The position numbers and the translations under genes are program-made. 64,000 bases of DNA, taken from the NCBI GenBank assembly GCA_902486425.1, contig CABTOK010000009.1, positions 42,194 through 106,193 on the forward strand. Reading direction: 5' to 3'. Shown here one piece after another: positions 29,801 to 37,981 of the stretch. Every line of letters starts with the position of its first letter. The stretch's first letter is position 1. Below the pieces are notes generated by a model. That model was given only the letters and a program-made list of their open reading frames with translations, had not been told where the DNA came from and did no database searches. This DNA is from an uncultured Eubacteriales bacterium. GTDB taxonomy: Bacteria; Bacillota; Clostridia; Christensenellales; Borkfalkiaceae.

Positions 29801-31190
29801 AGAAGGCTATTACGTTATAGAAACATGCAGCGATTGCGGCAAAGTTATAGACAAGAGCGAAAGACGTGGTCACAGATATGACAAAGAAAAAAGAGAAATC
29901 GTCGGATCGAACGACGTTTGTTACAGAATCGTAACAAAATGCGAAATATGCGGCGAAATTATCGACAGCTATGAAAGAAGACATGAAAAGTATGTCGAAG
30001 TCGGTAAAGCTCTTAACGACGGATCTGTGTCCTGCGAAGACGGCTGGCATTATATTTATCGTTGCGACGAATGCGGCGCTACCTTTAACGGCGAAACGAG
30101 ATGCGATCATTATACAGAAAGAACTTTGATTGATCTTACGTCGATCGGCGGACCGAAAACGGAACACGAACATTATTGCTACGGTTGCTTATGCGGCAAT
30201 AGGATCGATAGTATAGAGGGCTTCGATAATTACTGCTACGAATATACTCTTAACGGAGAACTCGTAAACGGTGAATTGAATTACTGCTCCGAATGTAAAA
30301 TCGGTTACATACTTACTTACGAATCTTCAAACGAAAATTGCTTGCACACCGAAAGAAGAACTTATACTTTTGTACAAATAAGCATCGACGACGAAACGAA
30401 AGCCGTTACGGTATTAAAAACTTACGGCGAAAAATCAAGCGTCTATAGTTACGAGTCTCATAACGAAGAAGTTATAAATCAAGAAACGTTTACCGATATT
30501 GACGGCAAAGGCGAGGGCTTCAGGTTAACATTCAGATGCGGTAATTGCGGTAAAGAAAGAACCGAAACTCATTACGGACATTACTACGGAGATTCCGCTC
30601 CCGAATATAAACTTCTCGGCAAGACTTGCGAAGACGGAGTAGAAGTAACGAGAAGGTGCCTGATTTGCGGCGAAACCGATACCCATACGGAACACAAGCA
30701 TTTCGGCGAAGTCAAAGAAGTAACGACTCTTCAAGGCAAATACTGCACCGACGGCGTAAAGGTTTCTCGCGTTTGCACGATATGCGAGGGCGAGTTAAGT
30801 TCCGAAATTTATGACTATCACTTACATTATAATAACGGGGTAGAGCTTACAACGGGCGAAGATACCGATTGTAAACATATTCTTTTAGGTAACTATTGTC
30901 CGGATTGCGGTTATATCGAAATCATAAACTTTGAAAACGAAGTAGAGTACGGCGGGTTTGAAGTTTATAACTCGGACGGCGAATCGGTCGGAAATGCGTT
31001 GGGTTACTGCAAAAATTGCGCGTATGTTCTGTACAGATCCGTTAATCCGGACGGTAAGGAAGGCGATTTAAAGTTAGCCGTATGTTTATTCACTCTCGAC
31101 GAAAATAACGAAGGAATAGTAAAAGCGGTTATTTTAAGAGAACTCGAAGTTAAAGTCGTAAACAGAAATTACGAGTACGAAGGAAAATAA
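23808..31190 (+). CDS. Giant (2460 aa) cysteine-rich surface lipoprotein with five tandem ~115-aa Cys modules and a CxxC-dense C-terminal region
   Basis: MKRKARLILCVLFAVLASASMLFAAC is a signal peptide with a lipobox Cys. The module signature C-x3-GYKAY-x-KC-x2-CDYTE-x-YEE-IPALGHNYGE recurs every 340-350 bp at 24151, 24491, 24841, 25187 and 25532. A Gly/Ser/Asn/Glu linker (GSGGSDSEGNVTGGNEGKGNEEK) follows. Twenty or more CxxC(x)nH/C pairs lie between aa 1720 and 2440. No sortase or SLH signals were seen. Confidence 0.8.
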   Translation: MKRKARLILCVLFAVLASASMLFAACNFGDGAAECEHLYGEWEITVPATCSKEGEQKRVCSRCNNEETMPIAKIAHTIVHVEGKAATCDEAGYKAYDKCSVCDYTECYEKIPALGHNYGEATYAWSKYYSTCVATRVCVRDNFHVDTERVTVTATVVQQKTCTQDELTKYTATFTGELGSDEKTVVTKKAGHELINVPAKAATCEKPGYKAYVKCANCDYTEDYEELPALGHNYGEVAYVWNADYTVCKAEKVCSRDAKHVLTANGTITETVVQEKNCTQDELTKYTATFESGFAPTEKTVTTKKAGHDLTDVSGKAATCTETGYKAYKKCKNCDYTEGYEEIPVLGHDYDYSDVVWNDDYTACSVNVVCKNDGAHNFTVNGTVTKKVTKEATCTEDGEIKITVTFEKGVPAVEKTVAVPKKGHKLTHYEATPATCEKEGKEAYDKCASCDYTVGGNAIPALGHNYGEVTYVWSTDYAACTATRVCSNDESHVLTVNGTVTKTVVQEKTCTKDEITKYTAVFTGDIASAEKTAVTENAGHELTVIEGKAATCEEDGYKSYKKCGKCDYAEEKEVIPALGHNFGKYEKSSEVATGNACEYTVTLTAKCSRCDKADSKTSTIYKHEYREEIVKAATCAEEGLKHKICKNCDVVYGENYSYSDPEAHSWDEGTVNEKGYVVYSCTTCGATKTQTSVTTKDEDGAYTATVKAESKNEVSEIRIIETENEKSTTTVISLDQNTRNGLNGDITLSAKSYNKEELPKLTEELKEKIGESRIYNFTMTAGGESVTNFKGNVTITIDHTLAPGEDSDNIVVWWIADDGTVESIKVTYSDGKVTFTTTHFSYYVVAKTTAAEKCKAFGHDYLVTESESATCETAGYIVKVCSVCGDSTVETIPAKGHKVGGDGNCKLCGKHITDKVQTGFTETLKSLLGGELTVKFNNVEMEMWDFADLSLDSKFFMSFAELYIGVTADGEVSVYGYGVGYYTTKDLPKDTFRFEATLAIDSENFYLKADIPMISSSSTSDYLGKTEWFKVNGMNQVIPLSSMVGSGVYQMMNGVLPETVKWMKTELIPAIENVIDLNYSVINSVIETFVDSLFTSSEAEGNTVYALDADKLKAVAEVLINGSVKDVFEYFAGEGSFEAFTAELKKLLDMPFGKMLENAKEKGINIKAALASVNGLLAKFVPEGQEAQADIVAIISNMSTKGQMTMTTAELLDQLESEDFKSMTLVDVINMMSNSGNGGSGGSDSEGNVTGGNEGKGNEEKTEKYAADECVNETTEQPAETKMTSDDIINGLKGTAEMGIVEIILNFKGQRPEADQLAEMKKNYLSTANQMIDVITSIANVSFTLNGTGEFVKADVDTSINLANFIPEQSLRSVGITSITGKISVVKGKELTQDYASFLKEVVAESEKVSSLITDVIKDYFKGSEYEIVYNQQGYVDYVEKTYYKEENLDAGCFKEETSLMVLLAAMNRCGAEYGAERYVELYKQYGEKLNISFRKVSENELTERLYFGSGVGGYMYSFKKTCGNKYSVSLNTSTRGPISAFGSSSENNNNNEYYYNLTVTLSVDDTANNRPSDIVYTASMREINSILGYEDTADNIIQSIIAMMTSESGTQITDENRNEIESAIRMRINEVSDVVRRNATFYNYNNFYYNGYSYFPSFTVNADNGSYVVEESGNDYRICHNDVLVKEDSHTPENCTDWGWKSYKCVACGEVFVKYYRTGHKHVTSEVVFDDPENPNCTTGVTVTYTCTDCNQVIYIDRSQGGGHVYLYQNDAFEDMGLPEAGHRHVTGTLTCVCGKMNGGYNSSFENIYGYYEKSEDGTKTFVSGDVYLCRECDLGFVLTADVKPGTEKCTYIITPTYKLMQLVYETEIGKEDYKEVYEAYISLLEAKVSEINKEIENGTYDGIDDFSGRLEEARARYAEAQNRVNSSSDARNVYREALRMWAEVKDTLGTGQYEKFAEKAYPVLKANYGVKVGEPYTYERHGSVSERYELIGKTCEEGYYVIETCSDCGKVIDKSERRGHRYDKEKREIVGSNDVCYRIVTKCEICGEIIDSYERRHEKYVEVGKALNDGSVSCEDGWHYIYRCDECGATFNGETRCDHYTERTLIDLTSIGGPKTEHEHYCYGCLCGNRIDSIEGFDNYCYEYTLNGELVNGELNYCSECKIGYILTYESSNENCLHTERRTYTFVQISIDDETKAVTVLKTYGEKSSVYSYESHNEEVINQETFTDIDGKGEGFRLTFRCGNCGKERTETHYGHYYGDSAPEYKLLGKTCEDGVEVTRRCLICGETDTHTEHKHFGEVKEVTTLQGKYCTDGVKVSRVCTICEGELSSEIYDYHLHYNNGVELTTGEDTDCKHILLGNYCPDCGYIEIINFENEVEYGGFEVYNSDGESVGNALGYCKNCAYVLYRSVNPDGKEGDLKLAVCLFTLDENNEGIVKAVILRELEVKVVNRNYEYEGK

Positions 31191-31270
31191 ATAAGCTTAA
31201 AACTTTAATGGCTCCGTAAAACTATCGACGTACCTAAGCGGTACGCGGAAGGCAGGAGAAGGGTAAGGGA

Positions 31271-31298
31271 AGAGCGGAACGAAAGTTCCGCTCTTTTC
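31271..31298 (+). terminator. Rho-independent terminator of the giant gene
   Basis: AGAGCGGAAC-GAAA-GTTCCGCTCT-TTTC. Confidence 0.75.
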
Positions 31299-31512
31299 AC
31301 GTTAAAATTTATTGTGACATTATGGCTGTGTTTTAATTATACCTGTGTCGCCTGAATATTACCGAAAAAAATATAAGCTTTTATCGGACGTGTCTTTGAA
31401 ACATGACCGCGGCGATTTATCGTAAAATAAAAGAGGCGTAGTCGGTTAACGACCACGTCTTTTCGGTTAAAATGTTCACCATAAATTAACCTGCAACTAA
31501 GTATGTTGATGG

Positions 31513-32847
31513 TTAATGTTTTTGAAAATAGAAAAATAATAGTATCAAAGCAACTAAAATAACGGCTCCGAAGATAAGAGTTTTTCTGAAGCTTTCTTTT
31601 TTTGCTTCCTTATTTAAAGAATACTTTTTTTCAATTATAAAATGACTTTTTATAAATGCTATAGTAGTTGATTTACAACCTGCTTCTACTTCAAAATAAT
31701 CTACGTCTTCTTGTTTTTGTTCCTGATATCTGCGGGAATACCCTGAAAAGTCCGTAGAAATTTCACCAGCTTCTATTATATTTGTTATGTTTTTTGTTAA
31801 AACAAATTTTTCGAAGCATCTACAGCCTCCTCCTAAAACAATAGTATGTATCTTAGGATCATCTACTTTTATGGTGACAAATTCATTTTCGGTTCCACGA
31901 TTTTCTATTGTTGCATATTTAAAGTTTTTACAAGGCAAATAAGAAGAAGATTTTAAATACAATATGCCGGCGTTCTCATCTACGAAATACATTCTTTTCG
32001 CAAGCAAGTCATACATTTCTTCTTTTCTGTTAGGCATATAATCGGATAAACGATCGTACAATGCTATACAAAAAATATCTATATTTTGATAGCTATTTTG
32101 TAAGCTATAGACATAATCGATTGAATTAAGAGCATATTTAATATCATCAACGTTGCCCGGTCTCAAATCTTTTAAAACTTTGCAAACTGAATTAAATACT
32201 TTTTCTTCAAATTTTTGTTTGTATTTTTCTTGTTTCAAAGCGTCAAATATTCTTATTACGCTATTCAAACTATGTGTATCATAATATAGTTTTCCGTTAT
32301 CGTGATTGAATCTATAGCCGAAATTGTTTTTTAAGTAAATTGCTTCCGCCGAATCTACAATGAATGCTTCATAGCAAGAAAAATCCATGCCGTATTCTTT
32401 TTCGAATTTTTGTTTTTCTTCTTCCGTTGTAAGTTCGAAAAAGCTGGTTAAATCATTTGGCTTATTAAAACCGCTAAAAGGGAAAGGCGTTTTTTCGAAG
32501 TTATCCGTTGAAGCAATAAAATAATACATATAGTACTTAGAAACTTCAGGCGAAAGTTCTATGGATTTTTCAAAATTATCTCTTGCGTCAACATATTTTT
32601 TTAATTTGAGATTAGTTAATCCTCTGTTAAAAAAGTTTTCCGCATCGTCGCTATCCTTGCCGCCTTTTATTATTTTTGTAACATGATTTGTAATATTATT
32701 TACGGTTGTATAATTGTTTGTGTAATTTGCAATAACTTTTTCTGTAATAAAAGCAGTGCCGCAATGTTTGCAGATGCCTGCTTCTTTGCTATCGTCTACT
32801 TCAATTTTTGCACCGCATTGTGTGCAAATTGCAGGTTTTAACGACAT
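31513..32847 (-). CDS. Hypothetical protein: N-terminal zinc ribbon, TPR-like central region, single C-terminal TM anchor
   Basis: 444 aa. CTQCGAKIEV...CKHCGTAF forms a 2xCxxC ribbon. The C-terminus LIFGAVILVALILLFFYF is tail-anchored. The gene lies in a roughly 30% GC island. Confidence 0.5.
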   Translation of the reverse strand: MSLKPAICTQCGAKIEVDDSKEAGICKHCGTAFITEKVIANYTNNYTTVNNITNHVTKIIKGGKDSDDAENFFNRGLTNLKLKKYVDARDNFEKSIELSPEVSKYYMYYFIASTDNFEKTPFPFSGFNKPNDLTSFFELTTEEEKQKFEKEYGMDFSCYEAFIVDSAEAIYLKNNFGYRFNHDNGKLYYDTHSLNSVIRIFDALKQEKYKQKFEEKVFNSVCKVLKDLRPGNVDDIKYALNSIDYVYSLQNSYQNIDIFCIALYDRLSDYMPNRKEEMYDLLAKRMYFVDENAGILYLKSSSYLPCKNFKYATIENRGTENEFVTIKVDDPKIHTIVLGGGCRCFEKFVLTKNITNIIEAGEISTDFSGYSRRYQEQKQEDVDYFEVEAGCKSTTIAFIKSHFIIEKKYSLNKEAKKESFRKTLIFGAVILVALILLFFYFQKH

Positions 32848-32955
32848 ATATTTATCCTCCGTTTTATCCTATGTGTTTTGTAATAAAAAACTCCAATATA
32901 ATAATATCAAATTTTTTAGTGTTTTACAAGTGGTGTGCAATTTTAAATTTGTATT

Positions 32956-34461
32956 TTACTCGACTTCGGCGTTTGTATCGTCAGTGCTTTCTTCGGTAAA
33001 CGCGGCGTTTGAAACTACGTTTAATTCGGGTTTGCCGCCTGCTTTAATTATTTTATCGACGTTATCTTGCATGCGCTTTTTAAAGAACACTATCATATAC
33101 GGCAGCGACACTGCGAAGGTTAAAAAGTCGGAGATCGGCTGGGCGAGCTGTATGCCTAAAATTCCGACGAGTCTCGGCATGATAAGTATTACCGGGATAA
33201 AGAAGATTCCCTGTCTGCAACTTGCGAGAAGGGTTGCCGAAAACTTGAAACCGAGCGACTGCAAGGTCTGGTTTGCGTATGTAGAGAATGCGAGAAACGG
33301 CATTACCGCGCAACCCGCTATCAAAGCGGTTTTGCCTATTCCGATAACGTCCTGTTCGGTCGAAAACAGCTTCATAACGCCTTCTGCGAAAAATCCGAGC
33401 AAAGCTGCGCAGACGACGCACGCAGCCGTTCCCAAAAGGCACGTAAAATAAAAGCCTTTTTTAACTCGGTCGTTTCGCCCCGCGCCGTAATTGTAGCCGG
33501 CGACGGGCTGATACCCGTGACCTATACCCAGAACGAGATTGCGGACGAACATATAAATTTTGTTTGAAATCGTTATCGCGGCTACTGCGGCGTCGCCGTA
33601 AGTTACCGCCTGTATATTAAGGAGTGCCGAAGAAACCGCTCCTAAACCTTGCCTGAATACGGTAGGAATACCCGTTGAAAATATTTTACCGTAAGTTTTT
33701 ATGTTTTTCGAAATATTTTTAAGCGAAAGGTTCACAACAGATTTTTTAATAAGATAGGGGACGAGAAGAACTACAAAGCTCACCGCCTGCCCGACGCCCG
33801 TCGCGAGCGAAGCGCCCATTGTTCCCATATCGAGCGTGAATATAAAAATCGGATCGAGAATAACGTTTATAACGCCGCCGACACCTATGCCTATCATCGC
33901 AAGCGTCGTGTTGCCTTCCGCGCGTAAAGCGTTGTTAAGGACGAAAGCCGCGCAGTTTACGGGCGCTACGATAAATATAAAAAGAGCATAGCCCTCGGCA
34001 TAAGGGAGCATTGTTTCGGAGCAGCCTAAAACTTTCAGAATCGGTTCCGAAAATATGAGTCCGACAGTTCCTACAACGGTTCCGAAAAAGAAGGCTTCTA
34101 TTACCGCCGAAGAGGCGTATTTGTCAGCCTCGGACTTCTTTTTTTTACCTAAAACCACACTGATGAGAGAACCCGCGCCCATGCCTATTCCGTAGCCGAA
34201 AGCCTGAATAACCGACATTATCGTAAAGACCACGCCTACGCCGGCCGCGGCGGATTTGTTTATCTTTGCGACGAAAAACGTATCGACGGTGTTATAAATT
34301 ACCGAAATCAGCGCGCTTATAATCGTCGGTACGGCGAGCGTTAAAATAAGTTTGCCGACCGGCGTTTCGGTCATTTTATAAAATTGTTCTTCCGAAGTTA
34401 GTTTTTTATTCATACCGTTATTTATTATATTCTTAAATTGCTTTCGTGTCAACAGCGGCAA
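32956..34461 (-). CDS. MATE family efflux transporter
   Basis: 501 aa with 12 TM helices and an N-terminal ETPVGKLILTLAVPTIISALISVIYNTVDTFFV typical of MATE (NorM/DinF). The true start may be an internal Met, at 34413 or later. Confidence 0.75.
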   Translation of the reverse strand: MPLLTRKQFKNIINNGMNKKLTSEEQFYKMTETPVGKLILTLAVPTIISALISVIYNTVDTFFVAKINKSAAAGVGVVFTIMSVIQAFGYGIGMGAGSLISVVLGKKKKSEADKYASSAVIEAFFFGTVVGTVGLIFSEPILKVLGCSETMLPYAEGYALFIFIVAPVNCAAFVLNNALRAEGNTTLAMIGIGVGGVINVILDPIFIFTLDMGTMGASLATGVGQAVSFVVLLVPYLIKKSVVNLSLKNISKNIKTYGKIFSTGIPTVFRQGLGAVSSALLNIQAVTYGDAAVAAITISNKIYMFVRNLVLGIGHGYQPVAGYNYGAGRNDRVKKGFYFTCLLGTAACVVCAALLGFFAEGVMKLFSTEQDVIGIGKTALIAGCAVMPFLAFSTYANQTLQSLGFKFSATLLASCRQGIFFIPVILIMPRLVGILGIQLAQPISDFLTFAVSLPYMIVFFKKRMQDNVDKIIKAGGKPELNVVSNAAFTEESTDDTNAEVE

Positions 34462-34667
34462 AAAAAGAATATAACGTTAAGCGTGATCGAAACGGGGTGT
34501 ACGGCTATAATTCGGCGATACAGACGGCGTAAGATAAGACCGTAAACGAATAAAAGACGTTGAAATAAAAATCGCAACAAGAAAGTTCCGGTAAAACCCG
34601 GAACTTTAATTTTTTATTTAACTGCTTAATATGATTTTATCGTAAATTATAAGGTATACCGATTATA

Positions 34668-35813
34668 TCAGTACAAAACCGCAAAGTCCGGAATAAAAGC
34701 GGTATCCGTCTTCCATAAAACCGAGAGTTTTGCGGAACTTAATGTGTTGCCTATAATCTTAAAGGAAGCGTTCTTCGCCATATTTACGCAAGTTTCGGAA
34801 GCAAATGCGATAAGAGCGAGAACGTCGCCCGATACAGTATTGTTTTTAACCGAAACGCCGGCAAGAGAACCTTTCGTCGAAGAAAAGATTATTGCGTCGG
34901 CCTTTTTCGTGTCGTCGGTATCGGTTGACAGGCGGCTCATTTCAAACGTATTGTATTCGATGTTTATAATAACGTTTTCGGCATACTGTTCTGCGACTTT
35001 AATAGGTCTCGTCGCTTTGAAAGTGTTGTTTTTAATAGTGAGGTTGCAGGCTGAACCTTTGTACCAACCTAAGTCCTGACTTCCGCCGTTTATAAACCAT
35101 ATGGGATTCGAGTTGTTGCCGTTGTCGAAACCGTTGAAGTAACATTCGTCTATCGTAAGGCTTTTCGCAAATCCGCCGTTCTGAAAGATCCCGCCGTCTG
35201 AAAAGATGCATTTTCTGAGCGTAAGGCTTTTTACCGTATGCGGGAAAACGGATTCCGGATTATAACCTGCCGCATGTATCTGTTGCCATTGACACGAAAA
35301 TGCCACGGAACCCGTAAACGTCACGTTATCTATGATTATATCCGTCGCGTCGGGAACGTAAAAACAGAGGGCGGTCTTATTGTTGTTTACCTGATTGGGA
35401 TCGGAATACTTCGGCGCGGTATATGAGCCGTCTTTTATCACGAGGGTAAAGCCCGCTTTATTTGTGTTCATATAGCTTATATCGCCGTTTGTCCCGATAA
35501 CGTGAGGTTGTTCTTCTTCCGTTACGTCGGCGGTCTTTTTCGAAGTATGAAAGTCCGCCATGTTTTTGTTTCCGATAACGAAGTAAGAGCCTTCGGTCGC
35601 GGCAATGTTGTCTATATCCACGACAAGAGTTTTAGTTCCTTCCGGAATGGCTTCGAGAGCGTTGAATTCTTCGAGAGTATAGACCGGAGCTCCCTTATAA
35701 GGATCCTCGTTTCCGGTTATTTTGGTTATGTTGCAGCCGGAAGACAGAAAAGCCGCTGATACGGCGGTTATCGAAAACACTCCGGTTAACAAGAGCTTAA
35801 TAAAATTCTTCAT
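34668..35813 (-). CDS. Secreted lipoprotein, probable right-handed beta-helix (pectin-lyase-like fold)
   Basis: Signal peptide plus lipobox (AAFLSSGC). Repeated motifs of the form NNT-hydrophobic-G/N (IKNNTFKAT, VKNNTVSGD, IGNTLSSA) are typical of parallel beta-helix repeats. Confidence 0.45.
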   Translation of the reverse strand: MKNFIKLLLTGVFSITAVSAAFLSSGCNITKITGNEDPYKGAPVYTLEEFNALEAIPEGTKTLVVDIDNIAATEGSYFVIGNKNMADFHTSKKTADVTEEEQPHVIGTNGDISYMNTNKAGFTLVIKDGSYTAPKYSDPNQVNNNKTALCFYVPDATDIIIDNVTFTGSVAFSCQWQQIHAAGYNPESVFPHTVKSLTLRKCIFSDGGIFQNGGFAKSLTIDECYFNGFDNGNNSNPIWFINGGSQDLGWYKGSACNLTIKNNTFKATRPIKVAEQYAENVIINIEYNTFEMSRLSTDTDDTKKADAIIFSSTKGSLAGVSVKNNTVSGDVLALIAFASETCVNMAKNASFKIIGNTLSSAKLSVLWKTDTAFIPDFAVLY

Positions 35814-36097
35814 ACAAATACTCCTTCTTATTATATCTTTACGGTAGCCGTTACAATATTACGACTATTGCAATATATATTATAAACTGCATTACTTTAA
35901 TTGTCAATATCAAAAAAATAAAAAATGAATATTTATGATTAAAAATCGCCGAAAGACGATTATTTATAAAAAAAGTTGCAAAAAAGAAGTATAATAAAAA
36001 CAAATGCGCCCGTAAAAGCGGGCGCAAAGAGAATAATATTTTATTTTAGTATAACCATATAACTGATATATTGCGGCTTATTTAATACGGTCTGCGA

Positions 36098-36790
36098 TTA
36101 TTCCGCAGCTTCGGCAGAATCCGAATCCTCGCCTTTCGTTATTTTTATCCTGAACTTTTTTTTGGAACCTTTCTTTTTTTCGACCGGCTTGTGTTTGGTA
36201 AAAAGCGTATAGATAACTATCATCGCCTGAAGCGGCGCGCCAAGAAAGAATAAAGGCCACAGATTATATTCGATCATTTGTAAGTATATTGCAGTAAGCA
36301 AAGTCCACAAAAAAATCGTGAGAGTGAGAGTGTCCAGCCATTTTATGGCGGTGTTGTACCGGTTGAATCTGTACACGATAATGGCGGAAGGGCAGATTGC
36401 CCATATAAATATCTGCCAGAAATTGATATTGCGCAGAATTCTTAAAGCGACGTAGACGAAAACGGCTATCATATAAACGGTAAGAACCGAAAGACAGACC
36501 ATCGCTATTTCATTGGACCTGTTTTCCTTCGCTTCTTTGCTTGAAAGGGAAATAAACTTGTCCGAAGCGTTTTCTTTGGTAAGGTCGTCCACCGTAACGT
36601 GAAAGACTTCCGCAAGAGCGCACAAAGCGGTTATATCGGGAACCGACGAACCGTTTTCCCATTTCGAGACCGTTTTGTCCGAGTATGCCACAAGCTCGCC
36701 GAGTTCGGACTGTTTAAGACCGCTTTGAAGTCGTAACGCCTTTATGTTGTCGGCAATGTTTTTTTCGATGTTTGTTTCTTTTGCTTCCAT
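36098..36790 (-). CDS. XRE-family HTH transcriptional regulator fused to a C-terminal multi-TM domain
   Basis: N-terminal LRLQSGLKQSELGELVAYSDKTVSKWENGSSVPD is an HTH_3 motif. Four or five hydrophobic helices follow. Confidence 0.6.
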   Translation of the reverse strand: MEAKETNIEKNIADNIKALRLQSGLKQSELGELVAYSDKTVSKWENGSSVPDITALCALAEVFHVTVDDLTKENASDKFISLSSKEAKENRSNEIAMVCLSVLTVYMIAVFVYVALRILRNINFWQIFIWAICPSAIIVYRFNRYNTAIKWLDTLTLTIFLWTLLTAIYLQMIEYNLWPLFFLGAPLQAMIVIYTLFTKHKPVEKKKGSKKKFRIKITKGEDSDSAEAAE

Positions 36791-36936
36791 AGTAATTAAA
36801 TTATAATGCTAAAACAGGTTGCTGTCAAGCTTAAAAATAAGGTTCTCTACAGCTCTCTTATTAGTAGAAAGCCGGTTTTTTACATAAAAAGGAGCGGTTT
36901 AAAAGAACCTGTGTCGTTCAAGCCGCTCCGTAATTA

Positions 36937-37668
36937 TTAAGCTGCCGTATTTTCGGAAATTTCGTCGGTTAAGTCGTTTTCCTGCGCTTTTTGTTGTTTT
37001 GCTCTCGCCGTCCAGCTGAAAAAACCGTGCATATCGTTTACTAAAAAGACGGTAAAGCATATTACGACCGATAGATAGGAGATATCTTTGAAAGAAGCCA
37101 TTATCCATAATATTATCAGAATAATATCATTTAATGCGTATCCTATGGCGTAAAGGGGACTTCTTCTGAAAGTGAAGCTTACCGCAAGAAAACTCGTTGC
37201 AACCGAAATCGTGCTCGGAATAAGGTTTGCCGTCCCGAAAAATTTAAGAATAAAGTAGAATACAACCGTAATAACGAGCGTCGAAACCGCTATTAAGATA
37301 TAGTCTTTTGCTTTCAGGTTGGCGTTTATTTTCGCTTCCGAGCGTTTGCCCTTGAAGGGGTGTCTTATCCAGCTTATAAGAGAGATGAAAGCCATCGGCA
37401 CCGACATTCCGATATATGTCATCATTTCGCCGTAGTATCTGAACGAATATGATATAATCGCATAAAGGATCCCGAACGATATCATAAATATTTGTCCTAA
37501 AGGGTTGCCTCTTGCGCAAAATATAAGAGCGGTCGCACCGATGATCGAAGCCGCAAGCGAAAGGTAGTTACGTTCTTTGAAGATAAAAAACGATATTATT
37601 ATGGTTGCTACCGAGCAGCTCCACAATATTATTTCGCCTTTTGAAAAGTAGTTTAAAATCTTTTTCAC
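36937..37668 (-). CDS. pnuC: PnuC-like nicotinamide riboside transporter (7-TM membrane protein)
   Basis: 243 aa and polytopic. Spacing of conserved W, Y and G residues fits the PnuC family. Call is by resemblance only. Confidence 0.4.
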   Translation of the reverse strand: MKKILNYFSKGEIILWSCSVATIIISFFIFKERNYLSLAASIIGATALIFCARGNPLGQIFMISFGILYAIISYSFRYYGEMMTYIGMSVPMAFISLISWIRHPFKGKRSEAKINANLKAKDYILIAVSTLVITVVFYFILKFFGTANLIPSTISVATSFLAVSFTFRRSPLYAIGYALNDIILIILWIMASFKDISYLSVVICFTVFLVNDMHGFFSWTARAKQQKAQENDLTDEISENTAA

Positions 37669-37981
37669 GTTGAATTCTCCTTGGTTAGTTATTTGTTTGT
37701 TTTTGTATAAGCGTAAAACGCAGTTCCGTTATTGCTTTTACTTCTTAAATAAAAAAGCACCTATGAACGCTTCTTCAAAGACCTATCGAAGCGATCATAA
37801 ATGCTTTTGCATTATTTACCCGGTGGCAAAATGTATCCCATACATTTGGTATTATTAAGTTTTTCTGTTGCTTTTGGTAAATTGAAGCAATCTTTTGTTT
37901 GATTATATAAAACGCCTTTTAAGTTTGTCAAGCGATTTTATGCCGTAAAGAGCATTGTTTTGCTTTGTTTTATAAAAACGC

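Noticed and set aside
23808-31190. Diversity-generating retroelement target hypothesis for the giant protein
   Set aside because: No reverse transcriptase gene and no template-repeat/variable-repeat pair visible in the window.
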